Assembly: GCA_039030475.1 (NCBI GenBank)
Contig: JBCCEC010000012.1
Location: forward strand, 2,744 to 66,743
Direction of reading: 5' to 3'
From: Bacteroidota bacterium
GTDB lineage: Bacteria; Bacteroidota; Bacteroidia; Flavobacteriales; Flavobacteriaceae
DNA length: 64,000 bases
The notes beneath the pieces are model-generated. The model had not been told where the DNA came from. It worked only from the letters and a program-made list of their open reading frames with translations, and did no database searches. Shown one piece after another: positions 1 to 11,211 of the stretch; position 1 is the first letter of the stretch, and every line of letters begins with the position of its first letter. The position numbers and the translations under genes are program-made.

Positions 1-137
1 TCCTTAAAAGTTGAGACCATAAATGTCTTACTGTTTCCTAGTGAGCTGTTTTCTGAATTAAAAATAAATGGATAAAAAATGAGAAGGGCAACATCTGATA
101 AACTTTTACCCTTTTTTCGGTGCAATTATGTTAATCA

Positions 138-1655
138 CTATGCCTTTGCAACTGCTTTTTGAAATTCTGAAGGAGTAAGTTCTGTGTCCTTCTTAAAAGC
201 TTTATTAAAAGTTACCTTGTTGTTATAGCCTACCTCATACGCTACGTGGATAATATTTAACTTATGGGACTCATTGTCCATAAGCAATTGTTTTGCTTCT
301 CTTATCCGGTATATATTGACAAATTCATGAAAACTAACATTAAAATGCTCATTGATAATCTGAGATGCATTGTGTCTTGTAGTGTTTAGGCGTTTTGCAA
401 CCATGTCCAGACTTATGTTGTTTTCCTTGTAGATTTTTTCAATTGCAAAAAGATGTAGTAGATTTTCTTTTAATTCATCCGATAGACTGGGCGTTAGACC
501 AGATTTCTCATACTTTGGAAATAATCTATTTTTATAGGCATAAATACCACTGAACACATCAGGTTGTATATTGGCGGAATAACCAACATAAAGTACCATA
601 AAAGCCATTGTAGCCGCAGATATATCGAAAAGGACACCATTGGAGTAACCATTGATGATAACTATGCCGTACGCGGCATACGTAAACACATACAATATAT
701 GTATATGATATACATTTTTCTGCCAGGTAAGGCTTTTTAAGTCTAGCAGCTTGTTGTCTTTACCCTGGTTATAAACTTTACCGATAAAATAGCCATAGAC
801 GCTTAACGAGATGATCTTAAAAATGACCAAAACTACCAATCTGTTTGAATCTTGGGGTCCTAAGCCATTTTGCATTCTGGAAAGCATCAAGGTTATTTTA
901 CTTTCCTCCGTCATTGTGTAAACATTTAATACAAGGTACGTTAGAAGTACTAGGCTTGGTAGTAAGTGCAATATATCGATGGGTCTAAAAGTATAACCGG
1001 TTGTGGTTTTCTTAAAGTAAAAGTATAATAACGGACCATACAGAAAAATAGCCCATGTTGACATTAAATAAGTATGCGGGTATTGAAAAAAGTAGTTCGC
1101 GGAATTGATGCTAAGATGTAGAATGAACAAAGAATGAATAAATATGAACGAGGCTATCAAAAAACGGGATGTACGGTATATCTGTTTATTCAAACATAGA
1201 ATAAGTACTACATAAAAGCCTACAATGGCAACAAAGAGATAAAATAAAGACCAAGTAGTTACTTTGGGAATCATTTTGTCTGAAATCTTTTTAAACCCTT
1301 GTTCTTTACGTATAGGGTCAAACCCTTCGTTGAGCAAAAAATTTGGTTTGAATTCTAGTTGTAGATATTTGGTCAAATTGGTAGTAGACCTATCCACATG
1401 GTTCAACGCAGCTTCACTAAGCGCAAGTCTTTTTAAAATATGTGTTTTCTCTGCATCGGGATTGACCAGATTTTTTTCATAAATAGGTATTGCCTTATTA
1501 TATCGCTGTATGTTATAATAATAGTCGGCCCATTTCAGCGAATCATATACCGAAATGGTATTGGGTTGACCAGCTTCATAACAACTATATACTCCAACCG
1601 AATTGAATGTACAGCAGATTAAAGACAGGAAAAAAAAGATTTTTGACCATCTCAT
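138..1655 (-). CDS. Membrane-anchored AraC-family regulator (N-terminal TPR-like region, multi-pass TM segment, C-terminal HTH)
   Basis: C-terminal AraC signature (IHVAYEVGYNNKVTFNKAFKKDTELTPSEF); hydrophobic central helices; N-terminal signal-like segment and TPR-like helices. Confidence 0.85.
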   Translation of the reverse strand: MRWSKIFFFLSLICCTFNSVGVYSCYEAGQPNTISVYDSLKWADYYYNIQRYNKAIPIYEKNLVNPDAEKTHILKRLALSEAALNHVDRSTTNLTKYLQLEFKPNFLLNEGFDPIRKEQGFKKISDKMIPKVTTWSLFYLFVAIVGFYVVLILCLNKQIYRTSRFLIASFIFIHSLFILHLSINSANYFFQYPHTYLMSTWAIFLYGPLLYFYFKKTTTGYTFRPIDILHLLPSLVLLTYLVLNVYTMTEESKITLMLSRMQNGLGPQDSNRLVVLVIFKIISLSVYGYFIGKVYNQGKDNKLLDLKSLTWQKNVYHIHILYVFTYAAYGIVIINGYSNGVLFDISAATMAFMVLYVGYSANIQPDVFSGIYAYKNRLFPKYEKSGLTPSLSDELKENLLHLFAIEKIYKENNISLDMVAKRLNTTRHNASQIINEHFNVSFHEFVNIYRIREAKQLLMDNESHKLNIIHVAYEVGYNNKVTFNKAFKKDTELTPSEFQKAVAKA

Positions 1656-1820
1656 TTTGATTGATGAATTAACTCCCTTGAAATTAGTGAATTACAAAAA
1701 ACGATTTGTTAACGAAATCCTAAAAAAAGTAAATTCCGATAAGAACTTACCTTTTTTACAATGCTTAAAAGCTACTTTTTAAATAAAAAACGCTTCGGAA
1801 GTTAAAAAAGGGTAAAAGAA

Positions 1821-1844
1821 AAAACCGGTGCGAACACCGGTTTT
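1821..1844 (-). terminator. Intrinsic terminator hairpin (10-bp stem, UUCG loop on minus strand)
   Basis: AAAACCGGTG-cgaa-CACCGGTTTT; T-run follows on the minus strand. Confidence 0.75.
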
Positions 1845-2012
1845 AAACTAACTAACTCAAAAAAATGCTAACTCAGATAATCTTTTGCAAAATTCTAGTT
1901 TAACCGCTGTACCAAGGTTAATTAAACTTTAGGATTTTGTTATAATTGTCTTGTTTTCTTGAGTTTAGAACGCATAAAATTAACGAATATTGTACGTAGG
2001 AAAAATCTTTGG

Positions 2013-2717
2013 CTAATCTTGTAACGCGAAAACTTTTCTCAGTAGATCAGTAGTTCTTGAAGAAATTTTCGTTCTAATTTCTTTTTCCTCAACTGCAATC
2101 ATTGTATACACCCCTTCTAACGCTTCTTGCGTGGTATAATCTGTTAAATCTGGATTAACGTTATTGGTAAGTGGAAGGTTATTGTATTTGGTAATGATAT
2201 TGCTCCAAATTTGATCGGCTCCAACTTTTTTAAAAGATTTTTCGATAATGGGGTTGAATTTGTCGTACAATTTAGATTTTGTGGATTGCTCTAAATAGTT
2301 GGTAGCTGCGTTGTCATTTGCCAACAAAATTTGTTTGGCGTCATTGAACGTAATTCCCTTTACCGCATCCACAAAAATTGGTGTAGCCTCACTTACGGCA
2401 TCTTCGGCAGCTCGGTTGAGTATCTGTAGCCCTTTATCGGCTAAACTGCCCAAGCCAACATCCCTAAGTGTTTTATCAACTTTTTTCAACTCATCCGGAA
2501 GTAAAATTTTAACAAGCTCATTTTTGAAGAAACCGTCCTTAAGAGCCAATTTGTCTACTTGTTTATCTATTCCCAGATTAAGTGCATCTCGCAAACCTTG
2601 CGCTATTTCTGCGTTTCCAATACCAGTTGTTCCTTGCGGAAGTTGGTTAACAACTTGCTGCAACTCATTACAACCAACTAACTGAAAAATTAAAAGCGCT
2701 AATACGATTCGTTTCAT
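2013..2717 (-). CDS. DUF4197 family lipoprotein
   Basis: Lipobox LVGC; motifs LNRAAEDA, IAVEEKEIR. Confidence 0.85.
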   Translation of the reverse strand: MKRIVLALLIFQLVGCNELQQVVNQLPQGTTGIGNAEIAQGLRDALNLGIDKQVDKLALKDGFFKNELVKILLPDELKKVDKTLRDVGLGSLADKGLQILNRAAEDAVSEATPIFVDAVKGITFNDAKQILLANDNAATNYLEQSTKSKLYDKFNPIIEKSFKKVGADQIWSNIITKYNNLPLTNNVNPDLTDYTTQEALEGVYTMIAVEEKEIRTKISSRTTDLLRKVFALQD

Positions 2718-2786
2718 AGTGTTGTTTTTATAGTTGAGGTGAAATTACTACATAAGCTGAGAAAACTGAATGTTGTCAGAATATAT

Positions 2787-3635
2787 TTAAGAAAATATAA
2801 CCGTTTTGTTATTATAGACCATGGTCTTTCTGTCCACATGGAGCTGTACCGCCCTGGAAAGTACGATTTTTTCCAAGTCTCTTCCCTTCGCAATAAAATC
2901 CTTGATAGCATGCGAATGGGATACTGTGACAACATCTTGCGCTATGATGGGGCCTGCATCCAATACCTCTGTTACATAATGACTTGTAGCACCAATAATC
3001 TTGACCCCTCTTTCAAAAGCGGCATGATAGGGTTTGGCTCCGGCAAATGCAGGTAAAAAGGAATGGTGTATGTTAATGACTTGCTGTGGAAATTCATCGA
3101 TTACTTTTGGCGAAAGGATTTGCATATATCTGGCCAGCACAATGAAATCAACATTGTGTTTTTTTAAAAGATGTAGCTGTTGGTCTTCTGCAGATGCCTT
3201 ATTTTCCTTAGTTACAGGAATATGATAATATGGAATATGAAACTGATCAGCTACATACTCAAGGTCTGGATGATTGCTTAAAATGAATGGAATATCAACC
3301 GGGAGTTCCCCTGAATTGTAGCGGCTTAAAAGGTCATAAAGACAATGATTGTATTTAGAAACGAAAATCGCCATTTTGGGTTTTGTCGCTTCCAAATAGA
3401 TGTTCCAATGCATGTTATACTTTTTTGCCAATTGTTCTTCAAATCCATCTTCAAAACTTGGCAAACTGAAATCAGTGCTATATTCACTTTCTAATCTCAT
3501 AAAGAATACTCCAGCTTCTTTATCAACATGCTGGTCCAAGTAAATGATGTTTCCCTTTTTTTCGTGAATGAATCGCGTTACTGCACTTATGATTCCCGAT
3601 TGGTCTGGACAGTGAATAAGGATAGTTAGCTTCAT
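2787..3635 (-). CDS. purU: Formyltetrahydrofolate deformylase
   Basis: N-terminal ACT domain (CPDQSGII), LARYMQILS, INIHHSFLPAFAGAKPY, LDAGPII; start placed at MKLTIL. Confidence 0.95.
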   Translation of the reverse strand: MKLTILIHCPDQSGIISAVTRFIHEKKGNIIYLDQHVDKEAGVFFMRLESEYSTDFSLPSFEDGFEEQLAKKYNMHWNIYLEATKPKMAIFVSKYNHCLYDLLSRYNSGELPVDIPFILSNHPDLEYVADQFHIPYYHIPVTKENKASAEDQQLHLLKKHNVDFIVLARYMQILSPKVIDEFPQQVINIHHSFLPAFAGAKPYHAAFERGVKIIGATSHYVTEVLDAGPIIAQDVVTVSHSHAIKDFIAKGRDLEKIVLSRAVQLHVDRKTMVYNNKTVIFS

Positions 3636-3779
3636 TATGGTTAGTTTGAGCACGATAAAATTATGATATTCAAAAAAAGTAACCCAAAGTACCTTAGGTT
3701 TTTATAAAATTCTAATCAAAATCGTTTTTATGTTGCATTTTCTGTAAATTGCATGGTGAAATAAGACCCTTTATTGCCA

Positions 3780-6700
3780 ATGGAACAAATAAAGCCCTAC
3801 AAGCCCAAAAATAAGATTAGAATCGTTACCGCTGCTTCGTTGTTCGATGGACACGATGCTGCAATTAATATTATGCGTCGAATTATTCAATCGACAGGGG
3901 TTGAGGTGATTCATTTAGGACATGATCGAAGTGTTGCTGAGGTTGTTGATTGCGCAGTGCAAGAAGATGCCAACGCAATTGCGATGACTTCGTATCAAGG
4001 TGGGCACAATGAATATTTTAGGTACATGTTCGACCTATTAAAAAAAAGAGGTGCGGAACATATCAAGATTTTTGGCGGTGGTGGCGGAGTAATACTTCCA
4101 GAGGAAATTAAAGCGTTGATGGATTATGGTGTTGAACGTATTTATTCTCCTGATGATGGTCGTGAGTTGGGCTTGCAAGGTATGATCAACGATTTGGTGA
4201 TGCGTTGCGATACCGCTGTACCAGATTTAAAGCTATCCAAAGGAAAAAACCTGGAGGGCCAGCTCGAAGCGAAAGATGTAAATACCATAGCACGCTTAAT
4301 ATCCTTGGCAGAAAACAAACATGAGCTTTTTGAAAAACATCAAGATACCATTGAAAAGAATACCAATGCAATACCTGTGTTGGGGATAACAGGAACTGGT
4401 GGTGCGGGAAAATCTAGTTTGGTAGATGAACTTGTACGTAGGTTTCTTAGTGACTTTTCAGATAAGCATATTGGTATTATTTCCGTAGACCCTTCAAAGA
4501 GAAAAACGGGAGGTGCCCTGTTGGGCGATAGAATTCGTATGAACGCGATAAACAACAACCGTGTCTACATGCGTTCATTGGCAACCAGGCGTTCAAATCT
4601 AGCGCTTTCCAAACATGTGGCAGAAGCCGTGCAGGTACTTAAAGCTGCTAATTTTGATTTAATTATACTGGAAACCTCTGGTATTGGTCAATCTGATACT
4701 GAAATTTTGGAACATAGTGATGTTTCCCTTTATGTGATGACTCCAGAATTTGGTGCGGCAACCCAACTGGAAAAGATAGATATGCTGGATTTTGCAGACG
4801 TAGTTGCAATTAATAAGTTTGATAAAAGAGGCGCCTTGGATGCGTTGCGCGATGTAAAAAAACAATACATGCGCAATCAGGGTTTATGGGATATCAATCA
4901 AGATGATTTGCCTGTTTTTGGAACCATTGCCTCACAATTTAACGACCCTGGAATGAACAGGCTTTATAAAATTGTTATGGAAACTTTGACCGATAAAGCA
5001 GGGGCAAAACTGGAATCCAATTTTGAAGTTTCCAACGAGCTTACGGAAAAAGTTTTTGTCATTCCACCCGCAAGAACAAGATACCTTTCCGAAATATCCG
5101 AAAGCAATAGGGCTTATGACAAAAAGGTCGATGAACAAGTTGTCGTAGCACAAAAATTGTTTGGGATTCATCAAACGATTTTATCCATTGTTCCAAGCAA
5201 AAATGAGCAGTCCAATTTGATAAAGTCAGGACTTGATGCAGATATCATCTTGAAACAGGTTAAAGATGAAGAAATCGTATTTGTAAAATTATTAGTGGCG
5301 CAGTTTGATAAAGTTAAAATGAACCTTGACCCCCACCATTGGGAAACCCTATTAAAATGGCAAGACAAGGTAAATCAATATAAATCTGAACGATACACTT
5401 TTAAGGTGAGAGGTAAAGAAGTGCATATCGAAACCCATACTACATCACTTTCGCATAGCAAAATACCAAAAGTAGCATTACCAAAATATCAAGCCTGGGG
5501 CGATATTCTTAGATGGAGCTTGCAGGAAAATGTTCCGGGGGAGTTTCCGTATACTTCCGGATTGTATCCGTTCAAAAGAGTGGGGGAGGATCCTACCAGA
5601 ATGTTTGCTGGTGAAGGTGGACCGGAACGAACCAACAGACGTTTCCATTATGTGAGCTTGGATATGCCAGCAAAGCGTTTATCCACCGCCTTTGATTCGG
5701 TGACCCTGTATGGTAATGATCCAGACCACAGACCGGATATTTATGGAAAAATTGGAAATGCGGGGGTTTCTATTTGCTGTTTGGACGATGCCAAAAAACT
5801 TTATTCCGGGTTTGATTTGAGCGACCCAATGACCTCTGTGAGTATGACCATTAATGGTCCTGCACCTATGTTGTTGGCGTTTTTTATGAACGCTGCTATA
5901 GACCAAAACTGTGAAAAATACATCAAAGAAAATGGATTGGAAAAAGAGGTTGAGAAAAAAATAACTTCAATTTTCAAAAAGAAAAATAGTGATAAGCCCT
6001 CATATTCTGGAGCGCTTCCCGATGGAAATAATGGATTGGGACTTATGCTTTTGGGAGTGACGGGAGACCAGGTTCTGCCCAAAGATATTTACAGCCAGAT
6101 TAAAAAAGATACACTAAATCAGGTAAGGGGAACGGTACAGGCAGATATTTTAAAAGAAGACCAGGCACAGAATACCTGTATTTTTTCTACAGAATTTGCA
6201 TTGCGATTAATGGGCGATGTACAAGAGTATTTTATTGATAATCTCGTACGTAACTTTTATTCGGTCTCAATTTCTGGATACCATATTGCCGAAGCTGGAG
6301 CAAATCCTATCACACAGCTAGCCTTTACACTCTCCAATGGGTTTACGTATGTAGAATATTATTTAAGTAGGGGAATGGACATTAATAAATTTGGTCCTAA
6401 CCTTTCGTTCTTTTTCTCAAACGGAGTAGACCCAGAATATGCAGTAATCGGACGAGTGGCAAGACGTTTATGGGCGAAGGCAATGAGAGAAAAGTATGGT
6501 GCCGATTCACGTGCGCAGATGTTAAAATATCATATACAGACATCCGGTAGAAGTTTGCATGCCCAAGAAATTGATTTTAACGATATACGTACCACCTTGC
6601 AGGCGTTATATGCCATTTACGATAATTGTAATTCGCTCCACACCAATGCCTACGATGAAGCTATTACGACCCCTACCGAAGAATCCGTACGAAGGGCCAT

Positions 6701-7226
6701 GGCCATTCAATTGATCATTAATAAAGAACTAGGATTGGCCAAGAATGAAAATCCTATCCAGGGCTCTTTTATCATTGAAGAGCTCACGGATTTGGTAGAA
6801 GAGGCGGTTTTAGTAGAATTTGATAGAATAACAGAACGTGGCGGCGTTTTAGGTGCCATGGAAACCATGTACCAACGTTCCAAAATACAGGAGGAAAGTC
6901 TACATTACGAAACCTTGAAACATACTGGGGAATACCCAATTATTGGGGTCAATACGTTTTTGAGCTCTAAAGGATCGCCAACCGTACTTCCTGCGGAAGT
7001 GATACGGGCGACCGAGGAAGAAAAGAAGAATCAAATAGCCATTTTGGAAAACCTACATTCTAGGAATGAAACAGAAACCAAGACCCAGTTAAAAGAACTT
7101 CAAGAAGCGGCTGTAAACAATGAAAACCTATTCGAAAAACTTATGGAAGTAACCAAATACGCTTCGTTGGGACAAATTACCAATGCGCTGTTTCAAGTAG
7201 GGGGCCAGTATAGGCGTAACATGTAG
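3780..7226 (+). CDS. icmF: Fused B12-dependent isobutyryl-CoA mutase / MeaB-type GTPase (IcmF)
   Basis: B12-binding DGHDAAI; P-loop GTGGAGKSS; mutase domain with RMFAGEG; about 1150 aa. Confidence 0.88.
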   Translation: MEQIKPYKPKNKIRIVTAASLFDGHDAAINIMRRIIQSTGVEVIHLGHDRSVAEVVDCAVQEDANAIAMTSYQGGHNEYFRYMFDLLKKRGAEHIKIFGGGGGVILPEEIKALMDYGVERIYSPDDGRELGLQGMINDLVMRCDTAVPDLKLSKGKNLEGQLEAKDVNTIARLISLAENKHELFEKHQDTIEKNTNAIPVLGITGTGGAGKSSLVDELVRRFLSDFSDKHIGIISVDPSKRKTGGALLGDRIRMNAINNNRVYMRSLATRRSNLALSKHVAEAVQVLKAANFDLIILETSGIGQSDTEILEHSDVSLYVMTPEFGAATQLEKIDMLDFADVVAINKFDKRGALDALRDVKKQYMRNQGLWDINQDDLPVFGTIASQFNDPGMNRLYKIVMETLTDKAGAKLESNFEVSNELTEKVFVIPPARTRYLSEISESNRAYDKKVDEQVVVAQKLFGIHQTILSIVPSKNEQSNLIKSGLDADIILKQVKDEEIVFVKLLVAQFDKVKMNLDPHHWETLLKWQDKVNQYKSERYTFKVRGKEVHIETHTTSLSHSKIPKVALPKYQAWGDILRWSLQENVPGEFPYTSGLYPFKRVGEDPTRMFAGEGGPERTNRRFHYVSLDMPAKRLSTAFDSVTLYGNDPDHRPDIYGKIGNAGVSICCLDDAKKLYSGFDLSDPMTSVSMTINGPAPMLLAFFMNAAIDQNCEKYIKENGLEKEVEKKITSIFKKKNSDKPSYSGALPDGNNGLGLMLLGVTGDQVLPKDIYSQIKKDTLNQVRGTVQADILKEDQAQNTCIFSTEFALRLMGDVQEYFIDNLVRNFYSVSISGYHIAEAGANPITQLAFTLSNGFTYVEYYLSRGMDINKFGPNLSFFFSNGVDPEYAVIGRVARRLWAKAMREKYGADSRAQMLKYHIQTSGRSLHAQEIDFNDIRTTLQALYAIYDNCNSLHTNAYDEAITTPTEESVRRAMAIQLIINKELGLAKNENPIQGSFIIEELTDLVEEAVLVEFDRITERGGVLGAMETMYQRSKIQEESLHYETLKHTGEYPIIGVNTFLSSKGSPTVLPAEVIRATEEEKKNQIAILENLHSRNETETKTQLKELQEAAVNNENLFEKLMEVTKYASLGQITNALFQVGGQYRRNM

Positions 7227-7245
7227 AATTTAGAAGCGAAAATGT

Positions 7246-7647
7246 TTAGTCGTTTCCGTTTTTAAAGGACTTTCTCCACTTTTTAAAAGAAGACCTAAAT
7301 AACTTAATTTCTTTTCGTAAAAGATTGAGGTATTCTTTTTCCTTTACCCCATCTCTTTCAAGACCGTTGCAATATGCTAAAATATTGCGCGTCATGATGT
7401 TGATAAAGGTAAGGCTTTCCATTTTCACGGAATATGAACTGCTTAAAGCGGCTTGTTCTACCTCTTTGGTGATTAAAATTGCGTCAGTACGAAGGGATTT
7501 GGAAATATCATCCCGAAAGCTTTGATAATTCCGTAAGGATAAAGCTTCTTTGTTTCGGGAAAAATAAGACGCCACAGCTTCGCTCAAATCTCTAAGTGCT
7601 AATGATTTTCGATATATTACAAGAGAATTTAAAGAACTCCTTTCCAT
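7246..7647 (-). CDS. Hypothetical helical protein resembling the four-helix-bundle (IVP/Avd-like) family
   Basis: 133 aa, amphipathic helices, N-terminal L-V-I-Y-R-K-S-L pattern; divergent from Lrp gene. Confidence 0.5.
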   Translation of the reverse strand: MERSSLNSLVIYRKSLALRDLSEAVASYFSRNKEALSLRNYQSFRDDISKSLRTDAILITKEVEQAALSSSYSVKMESLTFINIMTRNILAYCNGLERDGVKEKEYLNLLRKEIKLFRSSFKKWRKSFKNGND

Positions 7648-7771
7648 TATTTTTCAGTGCAATTTTCAACATTAAAATTACATATGAAATGGATAATGTA
7701 CCTTTGTTTTCAAAATAGAAAATAATTATTTGCTATTGAATGTTAAGTTTTATTGATAAATCACTTTGAAT

Positions 7772-8218
7772 ATGAAAATAGATGATTTGAACTGGAAAAT
7801 TCTGGGCTATCTACAGCAAGATGCTAGAGAATCTTTTGCAAATATTGGGCGTAAAGTTGGGCTTACCCCACCAGCTATAGCAGAGCGCGTAAAAAAAATG
7901 GAAGATTTGGGATTGATAGAAGGATATGGTACTACCGTTTCTTATGCTTTGGCAGGACATCAGTTAAAAGCAATCATTATGCTTCGTGCCTTTATGGGCA
8001 AGCTCAAACCATTTCTTAACAAAGTAAAATCGTTTCAAGAAGTGGTCAACTGCTATCGGATTACAGGAAACGAGAATATCATTATGGAAGTGGTATTAAA
8101 GGACCAAGCCCATTTGGAAAAATTTATTGATGAGCTAATAGTGTACGGAGAATGTAGAACGCATATAGTATTGTCCAATATTGTTGCAAACGCACCGATA
8201 AAACAAAGTAAGAATTAG
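7772..8218 (+). CDS. Lrp/AsnC family regulator
   Basis: IDDLNWKIL..LQQDAR HTH; YRITG RAM domain. Confidence 0.92.
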   Translation: MKIDDLNWKILGYLQQDARESFANIGRKVGLTPPAIAERVKKMEDLGLIEGYGTTVSYALAGHQLKAIIMLRAFMGKLKPFLNKVKSFQEVVNCYRITGNENIIMEVVLKDQAHLEKFIDELIVYGECRTHIVLSNIVANAPIKQSKN

Positions 8219-8292
8219 TGATAAATTTCGTTTATTTTTATAAAGGATAAACAGCCTTTTCGTTTTGGCCAGATTTTTGTTGATACAGCGTT

Positions 8293-9708
8293 ATGAAAAA
8301 AAAATATGCTATACTTTTTTTTGCCACATTTTTGTTTCAAAGTGCGTTTACGCAAGAATTAGTACTTAAAAAAGGAAAGATTATAGATTCGCTGGTTGTC
8401 AACGATACCATTCCAGACACATTTTCTCTTTACTTGCCCACTAACTTTACGACCACCAAAAAGTGGCCATTACTTATGGTATTTGATTTGGATGGAAAAG
8501 AGCGGCAGTCAATGGCCATGTTCTTGCAGGCAGCCGAGGAGGAGGGGTATCTATTGGCGGCACCAAAACTGTCCGACACGGTTCCCTTATCCAACAATAT
8601 GATAAGCGCGAGCAATGTTCTAAATAAAATATCGCGCATTTTACCTGTTAATAAATCGAGGGTGTACACTGCGGGTATTTCTTCTGGGGGGCGTTTTGCC
8701 AATCTGGTTCCAATTTTTATAAAAGACGTGGCAGGTACTATTTCTGCAGGTGCTTCTATTGCGAATTCAGACTTATTAAACCCTAAGCGTTCTTTTCATT
8801 TTATTGGAATCATCGGAAAAAATGATTTCAACTACACCCAAATGCTAAATGTTGAAAAGGTTTTCGATCGGTTTAAGTTTCCCAATCAGATATTGTTGTA
8901 TGACGAAGAACAAAAATGGCCAGATGTAAAATATTTTCAAAAAGCCATGCAGCTATTTACACTGTCGGCAATGGGGAAAAAATTGACGCCCATGGATTCC
9001 AGTTATATTGAAAAGGCCTTTAAGGAAGATTTAGCCAAAGTCAATAGGTTGAAGAATTCGAACAAGCTACTCTTTGCAGAACAATACATGGGAGAGATGA
9101 TGTCCATTTATGGTGTACACAAAAACCTGGATTCTTTGCGGCAAGTTCAAAAAAACCTGAGACGGGACCGTGTGTTCAAAGGAATGAGAAGGGCAGAAAA
9201 CGCAACGTTCTTTAAAGAATCGCTTTTAAAAGAAGATTATCAATATTATATAGAAGAAGATGTGGTTACCCATAATTTTAATAATCTGGGTTGGTGGAAT
9301 TATCAAATGACAGAGATCAATAAGTTTATTTCGGCCAGTAGTATTTATGAAAGGCAAATGGGAAATCGTCTGTTGGGCTATGTTAATGCGTTGGCAGAAG
9401 ATAATATTGATATGGTTAAATCCGAACCGCTTATAGATGAGGATGCACTTGCATTTTTATATATGCTAAAGACCATTTTGGAGCCTGAGAACTTTGAACA
9501 TTACATGAACATAATATCTTTAAGTGCAAAGAACGAAGATTACGGGACTGCCCTGTTTTATCTAGAAGAAGCCCTAAAGAAAGGTTTTGATGACAAAGAA
9601 AAATTGTATAATCTGCCAGATACTGGCTTGTTTAGAATAACACCAAAATTCAATGAGTTGGTGGCTAAGTATTTGAAGGATTCAAGGTATCGAATTAACG
9701 ACCAATAA
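8293..9708 (+). CDS. Secreted alpha/beta hydrolase (esterase-like) with C-terminal helical/TPR-like region
   Basis: Signal peptide; nucleophile elbow GISSG; KWPLLMVFD. Confidence 0.7.
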   Translation: MKKKYAILFFATFLFQSAFTQELVLKKGKIIDSLVVNDTIPDTFSLYLPTNFTTTKKWPLLMVFDLDGKERQSMAMFLQAAEEEGYLLAAPKLSDTVPLSNNMISASNVLNKISRILPVNKSRVYTAGISSGGRFANLVPIFIKDVAGTISAGASIANSDLLNPKRSFHFIGIIGKNDFNYTQMLNVEKVFDRFKFPNQILLYDEEQKWPDVKYFQKAMQLFTLSAMGKKLTPMDSSYIEKAFKEDLAKVNRLKNSNKLLFAEQYMGEMMSIYGVHKNLDSLRQVQKNLRRDRVFKGMRRAENATFFKESLLKEDYQYYIEEDVVTHNFNNLGWWNYQMTEINKFISASSIYERQMGNRLLGYVNALAEDNIDMVKSEPLIDEDALAFLYMLKTILEPENFEHYMNIISLSAKNEDYGTALFYLEEALKKGFDDKEKLYNLPDTGLFRITPKFNELVAKYLKDSRYRINDQ

Positions 9709-10432
9709 ATCTTGGGATTTCCTCTAAATCCCAATCAATAACAAGACCTTTAGCGAGAGACGCTGCGATTTCTTTTCCATATAAATGTTCGCAAAGGTAG
9801 AGTGCTGCCTCAAAGCTTTTGGCGCCGCCAGCGGAAGTAATGTATTTTCCATCGTGCACAAAAAGGACGCTATCCTTTACTTTTAATTGCGGAAACATAG
9901 CTTTATACTTTTCGATATCACTGGGAAATGTGGTAGATGCCACATCGTTTAAAAGTCCAGCTTTTGCCAAAACAAAAGCTCCATCGCAATGCGAGGTGAC
10001 AAATAAAGCTTCTTTGTCCACTTTTTGCACAAAATCCAGCATTATGGAATCCCTTAAGTCGGTATCTAAATGGTGTGCTGCGCTCGGTACGACTAAAATG
10101 TCAATTTTGGGAATTGAGTCCTTTGTGTAATCAAAATCGGGTAAAATCCGAACTCCTTCAAAAGAAGTTATAGGCTCCAATGTATTGGCAACAGAAAAGG
10201 TGTTCATGGATTTGATGTTCTCCCGGAACTGTGTATGCTGGAAAATATCATAGGGTGCTGTGAATTCTGTGTTGTAAACACCATCCATTATTAAAAATGC
10301 GACATTGTATCTTCCAGACTCCAGCTCAGGAAGTTTTCTTTTTAGTTCTTTTGAAGCATTTGCTTGTTGTTGTTTGTCAACACAGGAAACGGACAAAATC
10401 AAGAGCAATATGAATATCAGATGTTTTATCAC
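9695..10432 (-). CDS. DJ-1/PfpI family lipoprotein
   Basis: Lipobox SVSC; TEFTAPYDIF, TSHCDGAFVLA, ITSAG. Confidence 0.88.
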   Translation of the reverse strand: MIKHLIFILLLILSVSCVDKQQQANASKELKRKLPELESGRYNVAFLIMDGVYNTEFTAPYDIFQHTQFRENIKSMNTFSVANTLEPITSFEGVRILPDFDYTKDSIPKIDILVVPSAAHHLDTDLRDSIMLDFVQKVDKEALFVTSHCDGAFVLAKAGLLNDVASTTFPSDIEKYKAMFPQLKVKDSVLFVHDGKYITSAGGAKSFEAALYLCEHLYGKEIAASLAKGLVIDWDLEEIPRFIGR

Positions 10433-10513
10433 GATGATTTTTTATTTAGAGTAATGGGCTAAGGTAATATTAAGAACGATTTCCGCTACTTTTACAAGAA
10501 AGATTTTCTGGAA

Positions 10514-11149
10514 ATGAAATATATTTTAGCAATATTAGTGCTTTTGATGGTTGCCTGTAAACCCGATAAAAAGTATCATGCTTCTGAAAAGCTTCAGTCT
10601 GGGTCTGCAGCAATAAAGGATATTGTTGCATTTCAAAAGGAATTGGATGCTACATTTAAAAACCCCAATTCTTCACCATTGCCAGATAGGTTTAGAAAAG
10701 ATTTTGAGGGACTTGATTTTTTTGCACCCGATACGACTTATGTGGTTAAAGCCAGATTTGAAAGAACTCCAGATGCAGTGCCTTTTTTGATGCCTAGCAC
10801 AACCGACGAAAAAACAAGAGAAATTGTTTATGGTATCGCACACTTTCAGTTAAATGGGGTGGAACATCAACTAGAGATTTACCAAAGTCTCGATTTAATT
10901 TCCCAAAAGCAATACAGGGACTATTTATTCTTACCATTTTTAGATGAAACAAATGGTGCGGAAACTTATGGTGGGGGTCGTTATATTGACTTAACAATTC
11001 CTGAGGGAGATACGATCACAATAGATTTCAATAAGGCGTATAATCCGTATTGTGTTTATAATAAAAAGTACTCCTGCCCTCTAGTGCCAAGGCAAAATTA
11101 TTTGAGAACTAGTGTGAGAGCAGGAGTGAAAGCTTTTGTAAAAGACTAG
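10514..11149 (+). CDS. DUF1684 family lipoprotein
   Basis: FLPFLDETNGAETYGGGRYID, DFNKAYNPYCVYN...CPL. Confidence 0.92.
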   Translation: MKYILAILVLLMVACKPDKKYHASEKLQSGSAAIKDIVAFQKELDATFKNPNSSPLPDRFRKDFEGLDFFAPDTTYVVKARFERTPDAVPFLMPSTTDEKTREIVYGIAHFQLNGVEHQLEIYQSLDLISQKQYRDYLFLPFLDETNGAETYGGGRYIDLTIPEGDTITIDFNKAYNPYCVYNKKYSCPLVPRQNYLRTSVRAGVKAFVKD

Positions 11150-11184
11150 AAAAGCCTTAACACCAAATAGATGTAAGGCTTTCT
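11148..11184. terminator. Hairpin between convergent genes
   Basis: AAAGCCTTA / TAAGGCTTT stem. Confidence 0.55.
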
Positions 11185-11211
11185 AAATAGTATAGAATTT
11201 TTTCGTTGTGT

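Noticed and set aside
3636-3779. Cobalamin riboswitch upstream of icmF
   Set aside because: The gap is short, AT-rich and lacks the conserved boxes.
7246-7647. Diversity-generating retroelement suggested by the Avd-like gene
   Set aside because: No reverse transcriptase and no template/variable repeat pair in the window.
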